Source: Armatimonadia bacterium | GTDB taxonomy: Bacteria; Armatimonadota; Zipacnadia; Zipacnadales; UBA11051 | DNA length: 55,672 nt | Direction: 5' to 3' | Assembly (NCBI GenBank): GCA_039683575.1 | Contig: JBDKRC010000237.1 | Location: 1-55,672, forward strand | Translations under genes and position numbers: made by a program | The notes under the pieces: generated by a model | Database searches by the model: none | Told to the model about the DNA's origin: nothing | What the model saw: only the letters and a program-made list of their open reading frames with translations | In this document: in pieces, positions 28,623-39,388 of the stretch | Numbering within the stretch: position 1 is the stretch's first letter | Layout of the letters: every line of letters begins with the position of its first letter

Positions 28623-29660
28623 ATGATGAAAGCCCTAGTCAAAACCCAAAAAGGCGTCGGTTTCCTCGAACTGCGCGACGTCCCCGAGCCGACTCCCGCG
28701 CCGAATGAGGTGCTCATCGAGATCAAGGCCGCGGGCATCTGTGGCACGGACATCCACGTCAAGCACGACGAATTCCCCTACTGGCCGCCGGTAATCCTCG
28801 GCCACGAGTTCTCCGGCGAGATCGTGCAGCTTGGTTCCGAGGTCCAGGGCTGGAAGGTCGGGGACAGGATTACCGCCGAGCCGCATACGAAGGCCTGTGG
28901 CACCTGCCCGTTGTGCCGCACCGGCAATATCCAGATCTGCAGTGAGAAGCGCTCGCCGGGCTGGGGCATTGACGGGGCCTTCGCCAAGTACCTCGCCTAC
29001 CCGACCCATCTGCTGCACCGCCTGCCGGAGAACCTCTCCTATGTTGAGGCTGCTCTGGCCGAGCCTTGCGCCAACATCGCCACCGACCTGCTCGAACGCG
29101 GCAGAGTGGAGCCCGAAGACTTCGTGGTAGTCCTCGGCCCCGGCCCCATCGGCCTCATCGCCGCTCAGGCCGCCAAGTCCGAAGGCGCACGCGCCGTGAT
29201 GATTGTCGGCACCAACGCCGACGAGGCGGTACGCCTGAAGACCGCTCGCGAGCTTGGCATTGACTACGTCGTGAACCTGCAGCAGGAAGACCCGATCGCC
29301 AAGTGCATGGAATTGACCGACGGGCTCGGCGCTGACCTCGTGGTCGAATGCTCCGGCGCCCCGGCGTCCATCGCCACCACCCCGCAGTACGTCCGCAAGC
29401 TCGGGCGCATCTGCGCCATCGGCCTCACTGGGAAGAGGCCCGTGCAGTTCGACTGGGACGCCGCGCAGAGCAAGGTTTGCACTGTGATCTTCAACATGTC
29501 CACGTACTACACGAGCTGGAAGAAGGCCCTCTCAATGCTCGCCTCGGGCAAGATCAGCGCCCGCAAGATCATCACACACGAGTTCCCGCTCGAAGACTGG
29601 GAGCAGGCCTTCGAGGCGGTCGAGAATCTCACCGCGCTCAAGACTGTACTCATCCCCTAG
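28623..29660 (+). CDS. Zinc-binding (sorbitol/threonine-DH-like) dehydrogenase
   Basis: GICGTD, GHEFSG, CGTCPLC..C, GPGPIG. Confidence 0.92.
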   Translation: MMKALVKTQKGVGFLELRDVPEPTPAPNEVLIEIKAAGICGTDIHVKHDEFPYWPPVILGHEFSGEIVQLGSEVQGWKVGDRITAEPHTKACGTCPLCRTGNIQICSEKRSPGWGIDGAFAKYLAYPTHLLHRLPENLSYVEAALAEPCANIATDLLERGRVEPEDFVVVLGPGPIGLIAAQAAKSEGARAVMIVGTNADEAVRLKTARELGIDYVVNLQQEDPIAKCMELTDGLGADLVVECSGAPASIATTPQYVRKLGRICAIGLTGKRPVQFDWDAAQSKVCTVIFNMSTYYTSWKKALSMLASGKISARKIITHEFPLEDWEQAFEAVENLTALKTVLIP

Positions 29661-29669
29661 GAAGCCACG

Positions 29670-30239
29670 ATGCACGGCGACAGGTCTCGCCATCTTCTCG
29701 GACTCATCGGCAGCCCCCGCCGGGGCGGCAGCACGGAAGTGCTCGTGCAAGCCGTCCTGGCGGCTGCCGAGGACGCCCAGGCTTATACCCATGCGGTTCG
29801 TCTGGGAGACCTGACGATTGGTGAGTGTGACGGTTGTCACGCCTGCTGGAAGGGGAAGGCCTGCCCCCGGCATGACGACATGAACCCCCTCTATGACGAC
29901 ATTGCCGCCGCCGACGCAATTGTCTTCGGAACCCCCGTCTACTGGTACGGTCCCACCGCGCTCATGAAGGCCCTGATCGACCGCCTCGTCTACTTCAACT
30001 GCCCCCAGAACCGCCCGTTGGTGCGCGGCAAGCAGGCGGCGCTCGTGGTGCCGTTCGAGGAAGATGACCCTGCTGCTGCGGACCTGCTGCTGACCATGTT
30101 CCACAAGTCATTCGACTATCTGGAGATGGAGTTCGCCGGCGCGGTTCTGGTTCCGGGCATCACCCGCAAAGGTGAAGCCGCCTCGCGGCCAGACGTGCTC
30201 GCGGAGGCAGCAGCGCTTGGCCGGCTTCTGGCGCGGTAG
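29670..30239 (+). CDS. Flavodoxin family (iron-sulfur flavoprotein-like) protein
   Basis: GSPRRGGST, CDGCHAC..C..DD, TPVYWYG, KALIDR. Confidence 0.88.
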   Translation: MHGDRSRHLLGLIGSPRRGGSTEVLVQAVLAAAEDAQAYTHAVRLGDLTIGECDGCHACWKGKACPRHDDMNPLYDDIAAADAIVFGTPVYWYGPTALMKALIDRLVYFNCPQNRPLVRGKQAALVVPFEEDDPAAADLLLTMFHKSFDYLEMEFAGAVLVPGITRKGEAASRPDVLAEAAALGRLLAR

Positions 30240-30273
30240 TCAGCGAACGCCTCGATGATCAATAGCGGCGCAT

Positions 30274-30412
30274 GGGTCGCGCTCAGGGGAGCGCTCCTAC
30301 CCGCGACACGAGCCAGGTTCTGTGACACGCCAGGAGCGCTCCTACCCGCGATGCCAACCTGCTTTGTGATGCGGTAGGAGCGCTCCCCATGCGGACGTTC
30401 CGTCCGCCGCGC
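30274..30412. repeat. Cluster of three GTAGGAGCG-family REPs
   Basis: GGAGCGCTCCTACCCGCG twice, plus the inverted GTAGGAGCGCTCCCCA with a hairpin. Confidence 0.8.
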
Positions 30413-30591
30413 ATGCCGGCCATTGATGCAGTGACGGCGGCGGACTGGACGGCGGCGGGGATTTGTGCGCACGAGTCGGCTATGAATGGCGGCGAGGCGG
30501 TGGAGGTGCCGGAGTTTGGTTAGGGGAAGGCAAGTGTTGTCGCGTGGCGGATGCCGCGTCCCCGCGTACTGTGACCAAGGAGAGGTCTTGC

Positions 30592-32112
30592 ATGCCCATC
30601 AAAGTGGCCATCATCGGCGCCGGCTCCATCGGCTTCACCCGTGGTCAGGTCCGCGCACTTCTGACTGTCCCTGAACTACAGGATACTGAGTTCGCTTTCA
30701 CCGACATCAACCCGCAGAACCTGGACATGGTCTACCAGCTCTGCAAGCGGGACATTGAGGCCGCCGGGCTGCCTGCTAAGGTGTCTGCAACTACCGACCG
30801 GCGCGAGGCTTTCCGCGATGCCGACTATGTCTTCTCCTTCGTGCGCGTGGGTGGCCTGGAGGCCTTTGCTACCGACATTGACATCCCGCTGAAGTATGGC
30901 GTGGACCAGTGCGTCGGCGATACGCTGGCACCGGGCGGGATCATGTACGCCCAGCGCACCATTCCGGCGCTGCTCGACTTCTGCAAGGACATCAGCGACG
31001 TTGCCAAGCCCGGCTGCGTCTTCATCAACCACTCCAACCCCATGGCGATGAACACCTGGGCCTGCAGCAAGTACGGCCATGGCGTGCAGACTATCGGCCT
31101 GTGCCACGGTGTCGAGGGCGGGCACTGGATGATCGCCAAGGCCCTGGGTATCCCGTGGCAGGAGATTGACATCGTTTGCGCGGGGATCAACCACCAGACG
31201 TGGTATGTGCGCGTGGAGCACAAGGGGGAGGACCTGACGGGGAAGATTCTGGAGGCCTTCGAGAACCATCCGGAACTGTCGAAGACCGAGAAGGTCCGCA
31301 TTGACATGATGCGCCGCTTCGGGTACTTCAGCACCGAATCTAACGGGCATCTGAGCGAATATGTGCCGTGGTACCGCAAGCGGCCTGAAGAGATCGAGAA
31401 GTGGATAGACCTCGGCTCATGGATCAATGGGGAGACCGGCGGCTACCTGCGGGTCTCGACCGAGGGGCGCAACTGGTTCGAGCACGACTTCCCGAACTGG
31501 ATGAAGGAGCCGCCGTGGACCTTTGAGCCCGACAAGCGCGGCCATGAGCACGGCTCGTACATCATCGAGAGCATGGAGACGGGGCGGCTGTATAGGGGGC
31601 ATTTCAACACCGTCAATCGCGGAGTCATCACGAATCTGCCCGATGATTGCGTGATCGAGGCCCCGGGCTATGTGGACGCGCTGGGGCTGCACATGCCGGT
31701 CATCGGCGACCTGCCGCTCGGCCCCGCCGCCGTCTGCAACGCCTCGGTCAGCGTGCAGCGTCTTGCGGTCGAAGCCGCCGTACATGGCGACGACCAGCTT
31801 CTGCGGCAGGCGATGATGATGGACCCGCTCACCGGCGCGGTCTGTAACCCGCCGGAGATCTGGCAGATGGTGGACGAGATGCTGGTGGCGCAGGCGCAGT
31901 GGCTGCCGCAGTACTCCTCGGCCATCGCGGAGGCGAAGGAGCGGCTCGCGGCCGGTAATCTGGTGCCCTTGCGGCCCACACCTGGGATCAAGTTGCACAC
32001 GAAGACGATAGAAGAGATGGCGCAGGACCGGGAAGCTGCCACCAAAGCCGCCGCCGAGGCCGACAAAGCCAAAGAGCGTCCGGCGGCAGACAGTAAGGAG
32101 CAGAAATCGTGA
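30592..32112 (+). CDS. melA: GH4 NAD+-dependent alpha-galactosidase (MelA-like)
   Basis: IIGAGS, GDT..PGG, SNP, GLCHG, GINHQ, TESNGHLSEYVPWY. Confidence 0.85.
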   Translation: MPIKVAIIGAGSIGFTRGQVRALLTVPELQDTEFAFTDINPQNLDMVYQLCKRDIEAAGLPAKVSATTDRREAFRDADYVFSFVRVGGLEAFATDIDIPLKYGVDQCVGDTLAPGGIMYAQRTIPALLDFCKDISDVAKPGCVFINHSNPMAMNTWACSKYGHGVQTIGLCHGVEGGHWMIAKALGIPWQEIDIVCAGINHQTWYVRVEHKGEDLTGKILEAFENHPELSKTEKVRIDMMRRFGYFSTESNGHLSEYVPWYRKRPEEIEKWIDLGSWINGETGGYLRVSTEGRNWFEHDFPNWMKEPPWTFEPDKRGHEHGSYIIESMETGRLYRGHFNTVNRGVITNLPDDCVIEAPGYVDALGLHMPVIGDLPLGPAAVCNASVSVQRLAVEAAVHGDDQLLRQAMMMDPLTGAVCNPPEIWQMVDEMLVAQAQWLPQYSSAIAEAKERLAAGNLVPLRPTPGIKLHTKTIEEMAQDREAATKAAAEADKAKERPAADSKEQKS

Positions 32113-33323
32113 ACGATCAGGTACAGAAGTGTTGGGACGTTGCGCTGGCGATGCTGAAGCCGACGCAGGCGCAGCTTGAGCACGGTCTGGAGTTGCACCG
32201 GGCCTCTGTGGTATGCGACACCTATGGCTTCGCGCCGAATGCCGCGCTGGATGGCGACGCCCTGGCCAAGGCGATGGAAGAGGGAGCCTCGGACGCCGAG
32301 ATTGCGGACATGCGCGAGGACATGGGGATGACCCGCTGGGCCACTGTCCCGCAGGAACGCGAGGAGTTCAAGGCGGCTTTCGACTTCGCCGGGGTAACGT
32401 GCATCTACCAGAACGCGGGCGAGGAAGGCCAGGACCCGCTGCGCCTCATCAAACGTCTGGCGCGCTTCACCTACTCGACCGACCTGATGCGGGACTTCGT
32501 GGCGCGGGCCGCGACACCTGATGACATCCTCGCCGCCCACAAAGAGGGCCGGCACTGCCTGTACTTCACCGGCAACGGTGTGCCGCTGACCCAGCACTGG
32601 GTCAGCCCCGAGGAGGAAATGCGCTACATACGCATCTTCTTCCAGCTCGGCATTCGCATGATGCACTTGACCTACAACCGGCGCAACATGATCGGGGACG
32701 GCTGCGCCGAACCCGCGAACGGCGGGTTGAGCGACTTCGGTCGCAAGGTCATCGCGGAGATGAACCGCCAGGGCGTGCTGGTGGATTGCGCCCACTCCGG
32801 TTGGCAAACCAGCCTCGAGGCGGCACAGACGTCAACAAAGCCCATGGTGGCCAGTCACTCGGCCTGCGCCGCCTTGCAGCACCACCACCGCGGCAAGCCC
32901 GATAACGTCATACGGGCCATCGCCGACACGGGCGGGTACATTGGCATCTGTGCCGTCCCGGCGTTCCTGGGCGGCCGCGGGACGATCGTGGACTTCATAG
33001 ACCACATCGACTACGTCAAGCGCAACTATGGCGCTGATTATGTCGGCATCGGCACAGATACGTCGTACGTGCCGGCGCGGCAGAGCGAGGAATGGAAGAA
33101 GCTACCCTCCCGCGGGCCACAGCGCAAGCGCTGGTGCAATTTCTGGTGGGAGAATGACCCGCTGCACGATCCGAAGTGGCAGAAGGAGGAACAGCATCAG
33201 AGTCTCGGGTGGACTAACTGGCCGCTCTTCACAGTCGGCATGGTCCAGCGCGGGTACTCTGACGAGGACATTCAGAAGATCATCGGCGGCAATATGCTCC
33301 GCGTGGCGCGCGCGGTACTTTGA
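32109..33323 (+). CDS. Membrane dipeptidase (peptidase M19)-like protein
   Basis: LTYN, GLSDFG...I.EMN..G..VD.AH, SHS, HIDY, VGIGTD, GGNMLR. Confidence 0.85.
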   Translation: MNDQVQKCWDVALAMLKPTQAQLEHGLELHRASVVCDTYGFAPNAALDGDALAKAMEEGASDAEIADMREDMGMTRWATVPQEREEFKAAFDFAGVTCIYQNAGEEGQDPLRLIKRLARFTYSTDLMRDFVARAATPDDILAAHKEGRHCLYFTGNGVPLTQHWVSPEEEMRYIRIFFQLGIRMMHLTYNRRNMIGDGCAEPANGGLSDFGRKVIAEMNRQGVLVDCAHSGWQTSLEAAQTSTKPMVASHSACAALQHHHRGKPDNVIRAIADTGGYIGICAVPAFLGGRGTIVDFIDHIDYVKRNYGADYVGIGTDTSYVPARQSEEWKKLPSRGPQRKRWCNFWWENDPLHDPKWQKEEQHQSLGWTNWPLFTVGMVQRGYSDEDIQKIIGGNMLRVARAVL

Positions 33324-33368
33324 GGTACCAAGGAACCTTATTCTGCCTTTGACTCACCAATCTCTGTT

Positions 33369-34172
33369 ATGAACTTGCTTTTTACCGGTACCGGAGCCGC
33401 TGACTACGAGACTGTCTTCAAATGCAGTTGCGCAAACTGCACCGCGATTCGCACGCGTGGAGCGCGCAATCTGCGGCACTATGCCAGCCTGTTAATCAAC
33501 GACTCGATCCTGCTGGACTGCGGGCCCACCGTCCCCTGGCGGTTGGCTGAGTTGGAGGCTTTGCCCGCGCACGTTGAGGCCCTGGTGCTCACGCACTCGC
33601 ATGAGGACCACCTCGACGTGCCGGCGGTTGAGGCCCTGGTGCGGGCGCGTGGCGACGGCTTGCTGCCGGTCTATGGCAACGCGGCCTGCATGGCGAAGCT
33701 CGAACGCGTGGCAGGGCTGGCGCTGCATCGCGTTACGCCCCTGGAACCCGTCAAGGTGAAGGGGCTGACCCTCATTCCCGTGGCGGCCAACCACATCATC
33801 GAGGAAGAGGAGACGCTCAACTGGGTGATTGAGGAGCAGGGCCGCACGATGCTCTATGCCACCGACACCGGCTGGCCGCTGCCGCAGACGTGGGACGCCC
33901 TGCAGGAGCATCGGTTCGACGGCATAGTGGCCGAGGCTACTTTCGGGATGCTCAGGCCTGAGGATCATCCCGGCTACATGACCTACCACATGAACTGGCC
34001 GGGATTCCTGCGTCTCCGCGACGAGATGATCTCGACCGGGATGATCGCCCACGAGACGCCCTTCATCGCCACCCACCTCAGCCAGCACCACATAGCGCCG
34101 CATGACGATTTCGCGCGCAACGCCGAGCACCCGGTTCGCATCGCCTACGATGGGCTGACACTGAACCTGTGA
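33369..34172 (+). CDS. MBL-fold metallo-hydrolase (PhnP-like)
   Basis: GTGAA..CSCANC, THSHEDH, ANH, DTG, THLS, AYDG. Confidence 0.85.
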   Translation: MNLLFTGTGAADYETVFKCSCANCTAIRTRGARNLRHYASLLINDSILLDCGPTVPWRLAELEALPAHVEALVLTHSHEDHLDVPAVEALVRARGDGLLPVYGNAACMAKLERVAGLALHRVTPLEPVKVKGLTLIPVAANHIIEEEETLNWVIEEQGRTMLYATDTGWPLPQTWDALQEHRFDGIVAEATFGMLRPEDHPGYMTYHMNWPGFLRLRDEMISTGMIAHETPFIATHLSQHHIAPHDDFARNAEHPVRIAYDGLTLNL

Positions 34173-34175
34173 AGC

Positions 34176-34208
34176 AAAAGAAAGAGCCCTCGCAAGAGGG
34201 CTCTTTTC
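34176..34208. terminator. Bidirectional intrinsic terminator
   Basis: AAAGAGCCCTC-GCAA-GAGGGCTCTTT between convergent genes. Confidence 0.88.
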
Positions 34209-34244
34209 ACATCCGCTGAAGCCGCTTCTCCCTGTCTACTTCCC

Positions 34245-35645
34245 CTAAGCCTGCTCCAGATACTCATTAATGGCCGCTGCGGCCCTCCGGCCCGCCCCCA
34301 TCGCCTCGATCACTGTGGCGGCTCCGGTGACGATGTCTCCGCCCGCATACAGCCCCGGGATGTTGGTGGCGCCGCTCTCAGTGTCGGCCACGATGTACCC
34401 GCGTTTGTTGAGCCCCAGGTCCGGCGTGGTGCTGGAGATGAGCGGATTGGCGCCGGTGCCCACCGCGATGATGGCAACCTCGAGCGGCAACTCGAACTCC
34501 GAGCCCTCAATCGGCACGGGGCTGCGCCGCCCACTCTCATCCGGCTCGCCAAGCTCCATCTTCTGGATCACGGCGCCCCGCAGCTTCATCTGCTCGTCGC
34601 CCAGGAACTCCACTGGCGCGGCGAGCAGCATGAACTCGATACCCTCTTCCTGCGCGTGGTGGATTTCCTCGCGCCGGGCGGGCATCTCATCCATCGTCCG
34701 CCTGTACACGATGATGGAGCGCTTGGCTCCCAGGCGCTTGGCGGTCCGCGCCGCATCCATCGCCACGTTACCGCCGCCCACCGTGATAACCGTCTCGCCC
34801 AGCATGATCGGGGTGTGACAGTCCTCGCAGTAGGCCTTCATCAGGTTGGCGCGGGTCAGATACTCATTAGCCGACAGCACACCGATGAGATCCTCCCCCG
34901 GCACGCCCAGGAATTTCGGCAGGCCGGCGCCCGTGCCTACAAAGACCGCGTCGAACTCCTCAAAGAGCTCCTCAATGGTCTGTATCTTGCCCACAACAAA
35001 GCTCGTGCGGAACTCCACGCCCAGCTTCTTGAGGTAATCCACCTCTTCGCGCACAATCTGCTTGGGCAGGCGGAACTCGGGGATGCCGTAGACCAGCACC
35101 CCGCCGACCTCATGCAGGGCTTCCAGGACGACAACCTGATGCCCCGCCTTGGCCAGATCCGCCGCGCAGGCGAGCCCGGAGGGCCCTGAACCGACAATGG
35201 CAACCTTCTTGCCTGTGGGCGTCACCGGTTCCGGCACCTGCACGGCCCCCTGCTCGCGCTCGTAGTCCGCCACGAACCGCTCCAGCCGCCCCACAGCCAC
35301 CGGCTCGCCCTTCAGCCCCAGCACACACTTCTCCTCGCACTGGGTCTCCTGTGGACAGACGCGGCCGCAGATGGCGGGCAGCGCGTTGGTTTCCTTGATC
35401 TTCCGCGCGGCCTCGACGTACTTGCCCGACTTGATCAGAGTGATGAAAGCCGGAATATCCACGTTAACCGGGCAGCCTTCGACGCAGCGCGGCTTCTTGC
35501 AGCCAAGACAGCGTGACGCCTCGACTACAGCGGTCTCCGGCGTGTAGCCGAGGGCTACCTCGTCAAAGTTGCAGCCCCGCTTGGTGGGGTCCTGCTCAGG
35601 CATAGGTTGGCGCGGAGCGCGCTCTGGTTTGGCATTGGCGCTCAT
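34245..35645 (-). CDS. nfnB: NfnB/SudA large subunit of electron-bifurcating transhydrogenase (GltD-like)
   Basis: RCLGC..C..GCP, CGRVCPQE.QCE, GSGPSG, YGIPEFRL, GGGNVAMD; coupled to nfnA. Confidence 0.85.
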   Translation of the reverse strand: MSANAKPERAPRQPMPEQDPTKRGCNFDEVALGYTPETAVVEASRCLGCKKPRCVEGCPVNVDIPAFITLIKSGKYVEAARKIKETNALPAICGRVCPQETQCEEKCVLGLKGEPVAVGRLERFVADYEREQGAVQVPEPVTPTGKKVAIVGSGPSGLACAADLAKAGHQVVVLEALHEVGGVLVYGIPEFRLPKQIVREEVDYLKKLGVEFRTSFVVGKIQTIEELFEEFDAVFVGTGAGLPKFLGVPGEDLIGVLSANEYLTRANLMKAYCEDCHTPIMLGETVITVGGGNVAMDAARTAKRLGAKRSIIVYRRTMDEMPARREEIHHAQEEGIEFMLLAAPVEFLGDEQMKLRGAVIQKMELGEPDESGRRSPVPIEGSEFELPLEVAIIAVGTGANPLISSTTPDLGLNKRGYIVADTESGATNIPGLYAGGDIVTGAATVIEAMGAGRRAAAAINEYLEQA

Positions 35646-36490
35646 CGGGCGTTCTCCTTCAGTCTGCAAGTATGCTCGTATTGCGCCCGCGCCTCGGATT
35701 CATGTTCGCGATAGACCTTCTGGCGGGCCATGAGCTTCTCAAAGTCCACCTTGTGGCCGTCAAACTCCGGACCATCCACGCAGGCAAACTTCCGCTCGCC
35801 GCCCACCTCAACCCGGCAGCCCCCGCACATGCCGGTCCCGTCAATCATGATGGGGTTGAGGCTGACCATCGTCGGGATGCCCGGCTCGCGCGTCATGTTC
35901 GCCACCGCGCGCATCATCGGCGCAGGGCCGATGGCCAGAACGAAGTCCACCTTGGGGTATTCCTGCAGCATCTGGCCCAGCATGTCTGTAACCATGCCGT
36001 GGTGGCCGAGAGTGCCGTCATCGGTGCAGATCTCAACGCGGCTGCAGAACTTCTCAAGCTCCTCCACGAGAATTACGGCATCCTTGGTGCGAGCGCCGTT
36101 GATCGCGATGACGGTGTTCCCCGCTTCGCTCAGCGCGCGGGCGATGGGCACCACCGGGGCGACGCCATAGCCGCCGCCGACCACGATGCACAGCCCGTAC
36201 TTCTCGATGTGCGTGGGCTGGCCCAGCGGCCCGGCGATCTCTTCCAGCCCGTCGCCAACCTGCAACTCCGCAATACGCATCGTGGAGCGGCCTACGGCCT
36301 GGAAAACGAGCGTGATGGTACCGGATTCGAGACACGAGTCGACGATGGTCAGCGGGATGCGCTCGCTGTCCTTGTCGAGCATCACGATCACGAATTGCCC
36401 CGCCTTGCGTTTTCTGGCAATGAGAGGGGCGCGGACGCGAATGAGATAGGTGTTAGGCGCGAGTTCGCGCTTTTCGACAATTTCATGCAT
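35642..36490 (-). CDS. nfnA: NfnA/SudB small subunit (FAD, 2Fe-2S)
   Basis: GQFVI, ERIPLT, GPLG, DGTGMCGGCRV, FACVDGPEF. Confidence 0.88.
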   Translation of the reverse strand: MHEIVEKRELAPNTYLIRVRAPLIARKRKAGQFVIVMLDKDSERIPLTIVDSCLESGTITLVFQAVGRSTMRIAELQVGDGLEEIAGPLGQPTHIEKYGLCIVVGGGYGVAPVVPIARALSEAGNTVIAINGARTKDAVILVEELEKFCSRVEICTDDGTLGHHGMVTDMLGQMLQEYPKVDFVLAIGPAPMMRAVANMTREPGIPTMVSLNPIMIDGTGMCGGCRVEVGGERKFACVDGPEFDGHKVDFEKLMARQKVYREHESEARAQYEHTCRLKENAR

Positions 36491-36556
36491 AGTCATCGGC
36501 CTCATCTTTACGGCAAACTGGCGTACTATATGCCCCGCCGCCCGTCCCAAATCCTG

Positions 36557-39292
36557 CTACTTGTCATTCCTGATCTTTACGTTATCCAGGTAAAACACAC
36601 TCGGACCGTTGGCATTGCTCACAAATCCCACCCAGGTCAGCTTCTTCCACTTCTCGCTGCCGAGAGGCAGTCCCGCGAAGCGCTGGGCTTGCTGGCCCGG
36701 AAGGGTAACAGAAAGCTGCCATGTGGGCTGCCCGAGCTTGGCCTCGATCTCATAGTGAACCCACTGCCCCACCGGTACCTGAACGACTTCCTTCTCCCCA
36801 ACCCGGACCTTTCCCTCAACGATGTTCAGGCTGGGGCCGACGAGGTAGGGGTTCACCGACCAATCCCGGTACTCGTGCCACACCATCGCGCCCTCCTCGA
36901 GCCGCAGGTCGAAGCTGCAGCGCGCGGTGCCCTCCTGGTAGTCCATCGTGTAGACGAGATGCGGGTCAAAGGTGTATTGCAGGCCAGCCACGTCGGTGAA
37001 CTTGAGGCTCTTGGTCCCGCTGGCCGCGACTTTGTCGGTAACAGTGATCGAGTCGCCCCTATGCTCCAGGTTAGCGGTGCCATACACCGGCGGCGAACCC
37101 GCTGGTTGCTCCTCAAAACCATCATCCAGCACGAAAGGCGGGGGCGGCGGCGGGTCTGGCGCGAACTCAACCGCGGCGAAGCTGCGACGGGCTTTGCCGG
37201 TCCACGTCGGGTCACCGTACAGCCCGGCCTTCGTGTAGTCAAACGGCTTGAAGCCGATCTTGGGCGCCGGAGAGTCGGGCAGCAGCGTGAAATCATGCCG
37301 GTCCGGGTCCTTGAACTTCGGATCGGCAACAATGGAGTCCTTGTCCTGCCCGAGAGCCTGCCACTGTTCGAGGGTTAGGCCGAGGAAGTCCAGAGGCTTG
37401 CCGGAAGCGTCCCAGTAAAGGTTCTTGTTGAAGACCATCTTCCGGTCCCCCAACGCCTTCGCGTAGAAGAGGTCGCCGCTCTTGAAGTAGACGATGTTGT
37501 TTTCGAACGTGAACCCCAAATGCGGCTCGATGCGACTGTACTGGAGCTGGTAGTCGCGCCCGCCGACAAACAGGTTGTTGCGGACGGTGTTCTCCTTGCC
37601 GTAGTGCAGGTTGTACGTCATGTCCCGCGTGTCGTAGACGAGGTTATTCTCCATCGTGATGTGCGTACTGCCCTCGTCATTATACAGCCCCAGTCCACCC
37701 CAGCCGTACTTGTCGTACGACCACACGTCATGGATCACATTGTTGCTGACCGTCGTCCCGTCGCTGATCCCCAGTGTGTACACGGCCCCCATGTCGCTCA
37801 GCACTCCCCACCCGAGGTGGTGGATGTGGTTGAACTCGATCTTGTTGCGCTTGGCGATGGTGTCCCGGTAGCCCCAGCTCCAGCCCACCGAAACGCCGCT
37901 GTAGAACATGTCGCTGATGTCGTTGTGGGTAATCTGGTTATCGCTGCTCTGCCCGATCCATACGCCGATAGCGCCCGGGAAGGTCCGCCCCCCGCCGGTG
38001 ATGAGGTTGTTGTCTGCGACGCAAGCATGCGTCTGCTCGGCCGGGTCGGGCCGGATGATGGCCTCGCCGATCTTGATGCCGCCCGCGCCGAGATCACGGA
38101 ACTCCGACTCCTGCACCTTGCAGTCCCGGCAGCCCGTGCGGAACCACAGCCCATACGCACCGCCCGTGTGCTGCACGCGGCAGGCGTCGAAGGTCACGTT
38201 CCGCGCCCCATCCACCATTACCGCCGCCGGGACGGTGACCGCCGCCTGGCCGTCACCATGGCCCTCGGGGGCCAGAACATAGCCGCAGAAGGCGAAGTCC
38301 AGATCGCGAAACGTCACATGCTCGACGTACTGCCCGGCGAGCGCGTCGCCCTTGAGATCCACGAAGTGGTCCAATTCCGATGCAACCACCGTCGCCGTCG
38401 CCATGTTCTGCCCGGCGAAGGGTATCACGCTCAGCGTTCCGTCGCGGTCGAGATACCATTCGCCCGGCGCATCGAGCGCCGCAGGGACGTTCTCGATGTG
38501 ATACCGCTGATTAGGGCTGAGCCACTGAAAGACCCACGGCGCGTTGCCGGTGAGAATGACCGTCCCGGTGTCCGGATCAACGGACTGGATGCGGTGGCGC
38601 GAGACCTCCCAGGCGTGATAGGCGACGACATTCGCGTCCTTGAGCTGATCGGGAGAGAGCCCCTTCAAGTCAGCGAGGTCCTCGGGGTTGGCACGGAAGG
38701 CGCGGCGGCTGAGGTCCACCGGCGCTCCGCTAGCGTCAGTGCCATACGGGTGCTTCGCCTTGACATAGAAGTACCGCGGTACGGAGGTGTCGCCCATGCG
38801 AACCATGTTGGGGCTGCAGGCGCGGACGCCGCGATAGCCGTTGATCCACAGTTGCTCGAAGTACCGCTTGCCTGCGGCGACCTCGGGAAGCTGCGTGCGC
38901 CAGATGCCGTCGGCCCCGCGCTTGAAGCCTGTGATCTTGAACCCGCCGGTGAAGATCGTCTTGTCCGGCAGGCCCTGGTAAGTGATGGGTGCGGCGGCGG
39001 TCCCGGAATCCTCAGGGGTGAGCACAAAAGGCTCCTGCAGCTTGTAAGCCCCGGGAGCTAGCTTGACAACAACCGGCTCAGTCAGCGGCCCCGCTGCCTT
39101 GAGCTTGCGGATGGCGTCGCGCGCCCCGGTTAGCGAGGCCACGGGGCCGTCCGTTCCGGCGCGGTTGGCCGTCTGCAGACTGCCTGACCAACCGTCCCGC
39201 CCGTTCGGCGCGACGAAAATGGTGGCGGCAGGCAAGGCAGAGCACAACACCACAACAGCGGCTAACACAAGCAGACAGCTCAGTGTTCGCAT
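36557..39292 (-). CDS. Secreted right-handed parallel beta-helix protein (glycoside hydrolase/lyase-like)
   Basis: Signal peptide; FVAP.G.D, LDAPGEWY, beta-helix repeats, DMGAVYT, GLYNDEGS. Confidence 0.82.
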   Translation of the reverse strand: MRTLSCLLVLAAVVVLCSALPAATIFVAPNGRDGWSGSLQTANRAGTDGPVASLTGARDAIRKLKAAGPLTEPVVVKLAPGAYKLQEPFVLTPEDSGTAAAPITYQGLPDKTIFTGGFKITGFKRGADGIWRTQLPEVAAGKRYFEQLWINGYRGVRACSPNMVRMGDTSVPRYFYVKAKHPYGTDASGAPVDLSRRAFRANPEDLADLKGLSPDQLKDANVVAYHAWEVSRHRIQSVDPDTGTVILTGNAPWVFQWLSPNQRYHIENVPAALDAPGEWYLDRDGTLSVIPFAGQNMATATVVASELDHFVDLKGDALAGQYVEHVTFRDLDFAFCGYVLAPEGHGDGQAAVTVPAAVMVDGARNVTFDACRVQHTGGAYGLWFRTGCRDCKVQESEFRDLGAGGIKIGEAIIRPDPAEQTHACVADNNLITGGGRTFPGAIGVWIGQSSDNQITHNDISDMFYSGVSVGWSWGYRDTIAKRNKIEFNHIHHLGWGVLSDMGAVYTLGISDGTTVSNNVIHDVWSYDKYGWGGLGLYNDEGSTHITMENNLVYDTRDMTYNLHYGKENTVRNNLFVGGRDYQLQYSRIEPHLGFTFENNIVYFKSGDLFYAKALGDRKMVFNKNLYWDASGKPLDFLGLTLEQWQALGQDKDSIVADPKFKDPDRHDFTLLPDSPAPKIGFKPFDYTKAGLYGDPTWTGKARRSFAAVEFAPDPPPPPPFVLDDGFEEQPAGSPPVYGTANLEHRGDSITVTDKVAASGTKSLKFTDVAGLQYTFDPHLVYTMDYQEGTARCSFDLRLEEGAMVWHEYRDWSVNPYLVGPSLNIVEGKVRVGEKEVVQVPVGQWVHYEIEAKLGQPTWQLSVTLPGQQAQRFAGLPLGSEKWKKLTWVGFVSNANGPSVFYLDNVKIRNDK

Positions 39293-39388
39293 GGGTCAGG
39301 CTCCTCGGGTGTGGGCTGCACGCAATGCGACAGGGAGGGGCATCCGGCCCCTCCCACCAAAGTCGACAACCATCGCTACGCGGTCGGG

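Noticed and set aside
34245..35645. Glutamate synthase small subunit
   Set aside because: No gltB nearby; it is coupled to an NfnA/SudB gene, so NfnAB is the better call.
35672..39061. Long + strand ORFs (568 aa, 513 aa) and similar antisense ORFs elsewhere
   Set aside because: Shadow frames of well-supported genes in high-GC DNA, with no recognisable motifs.
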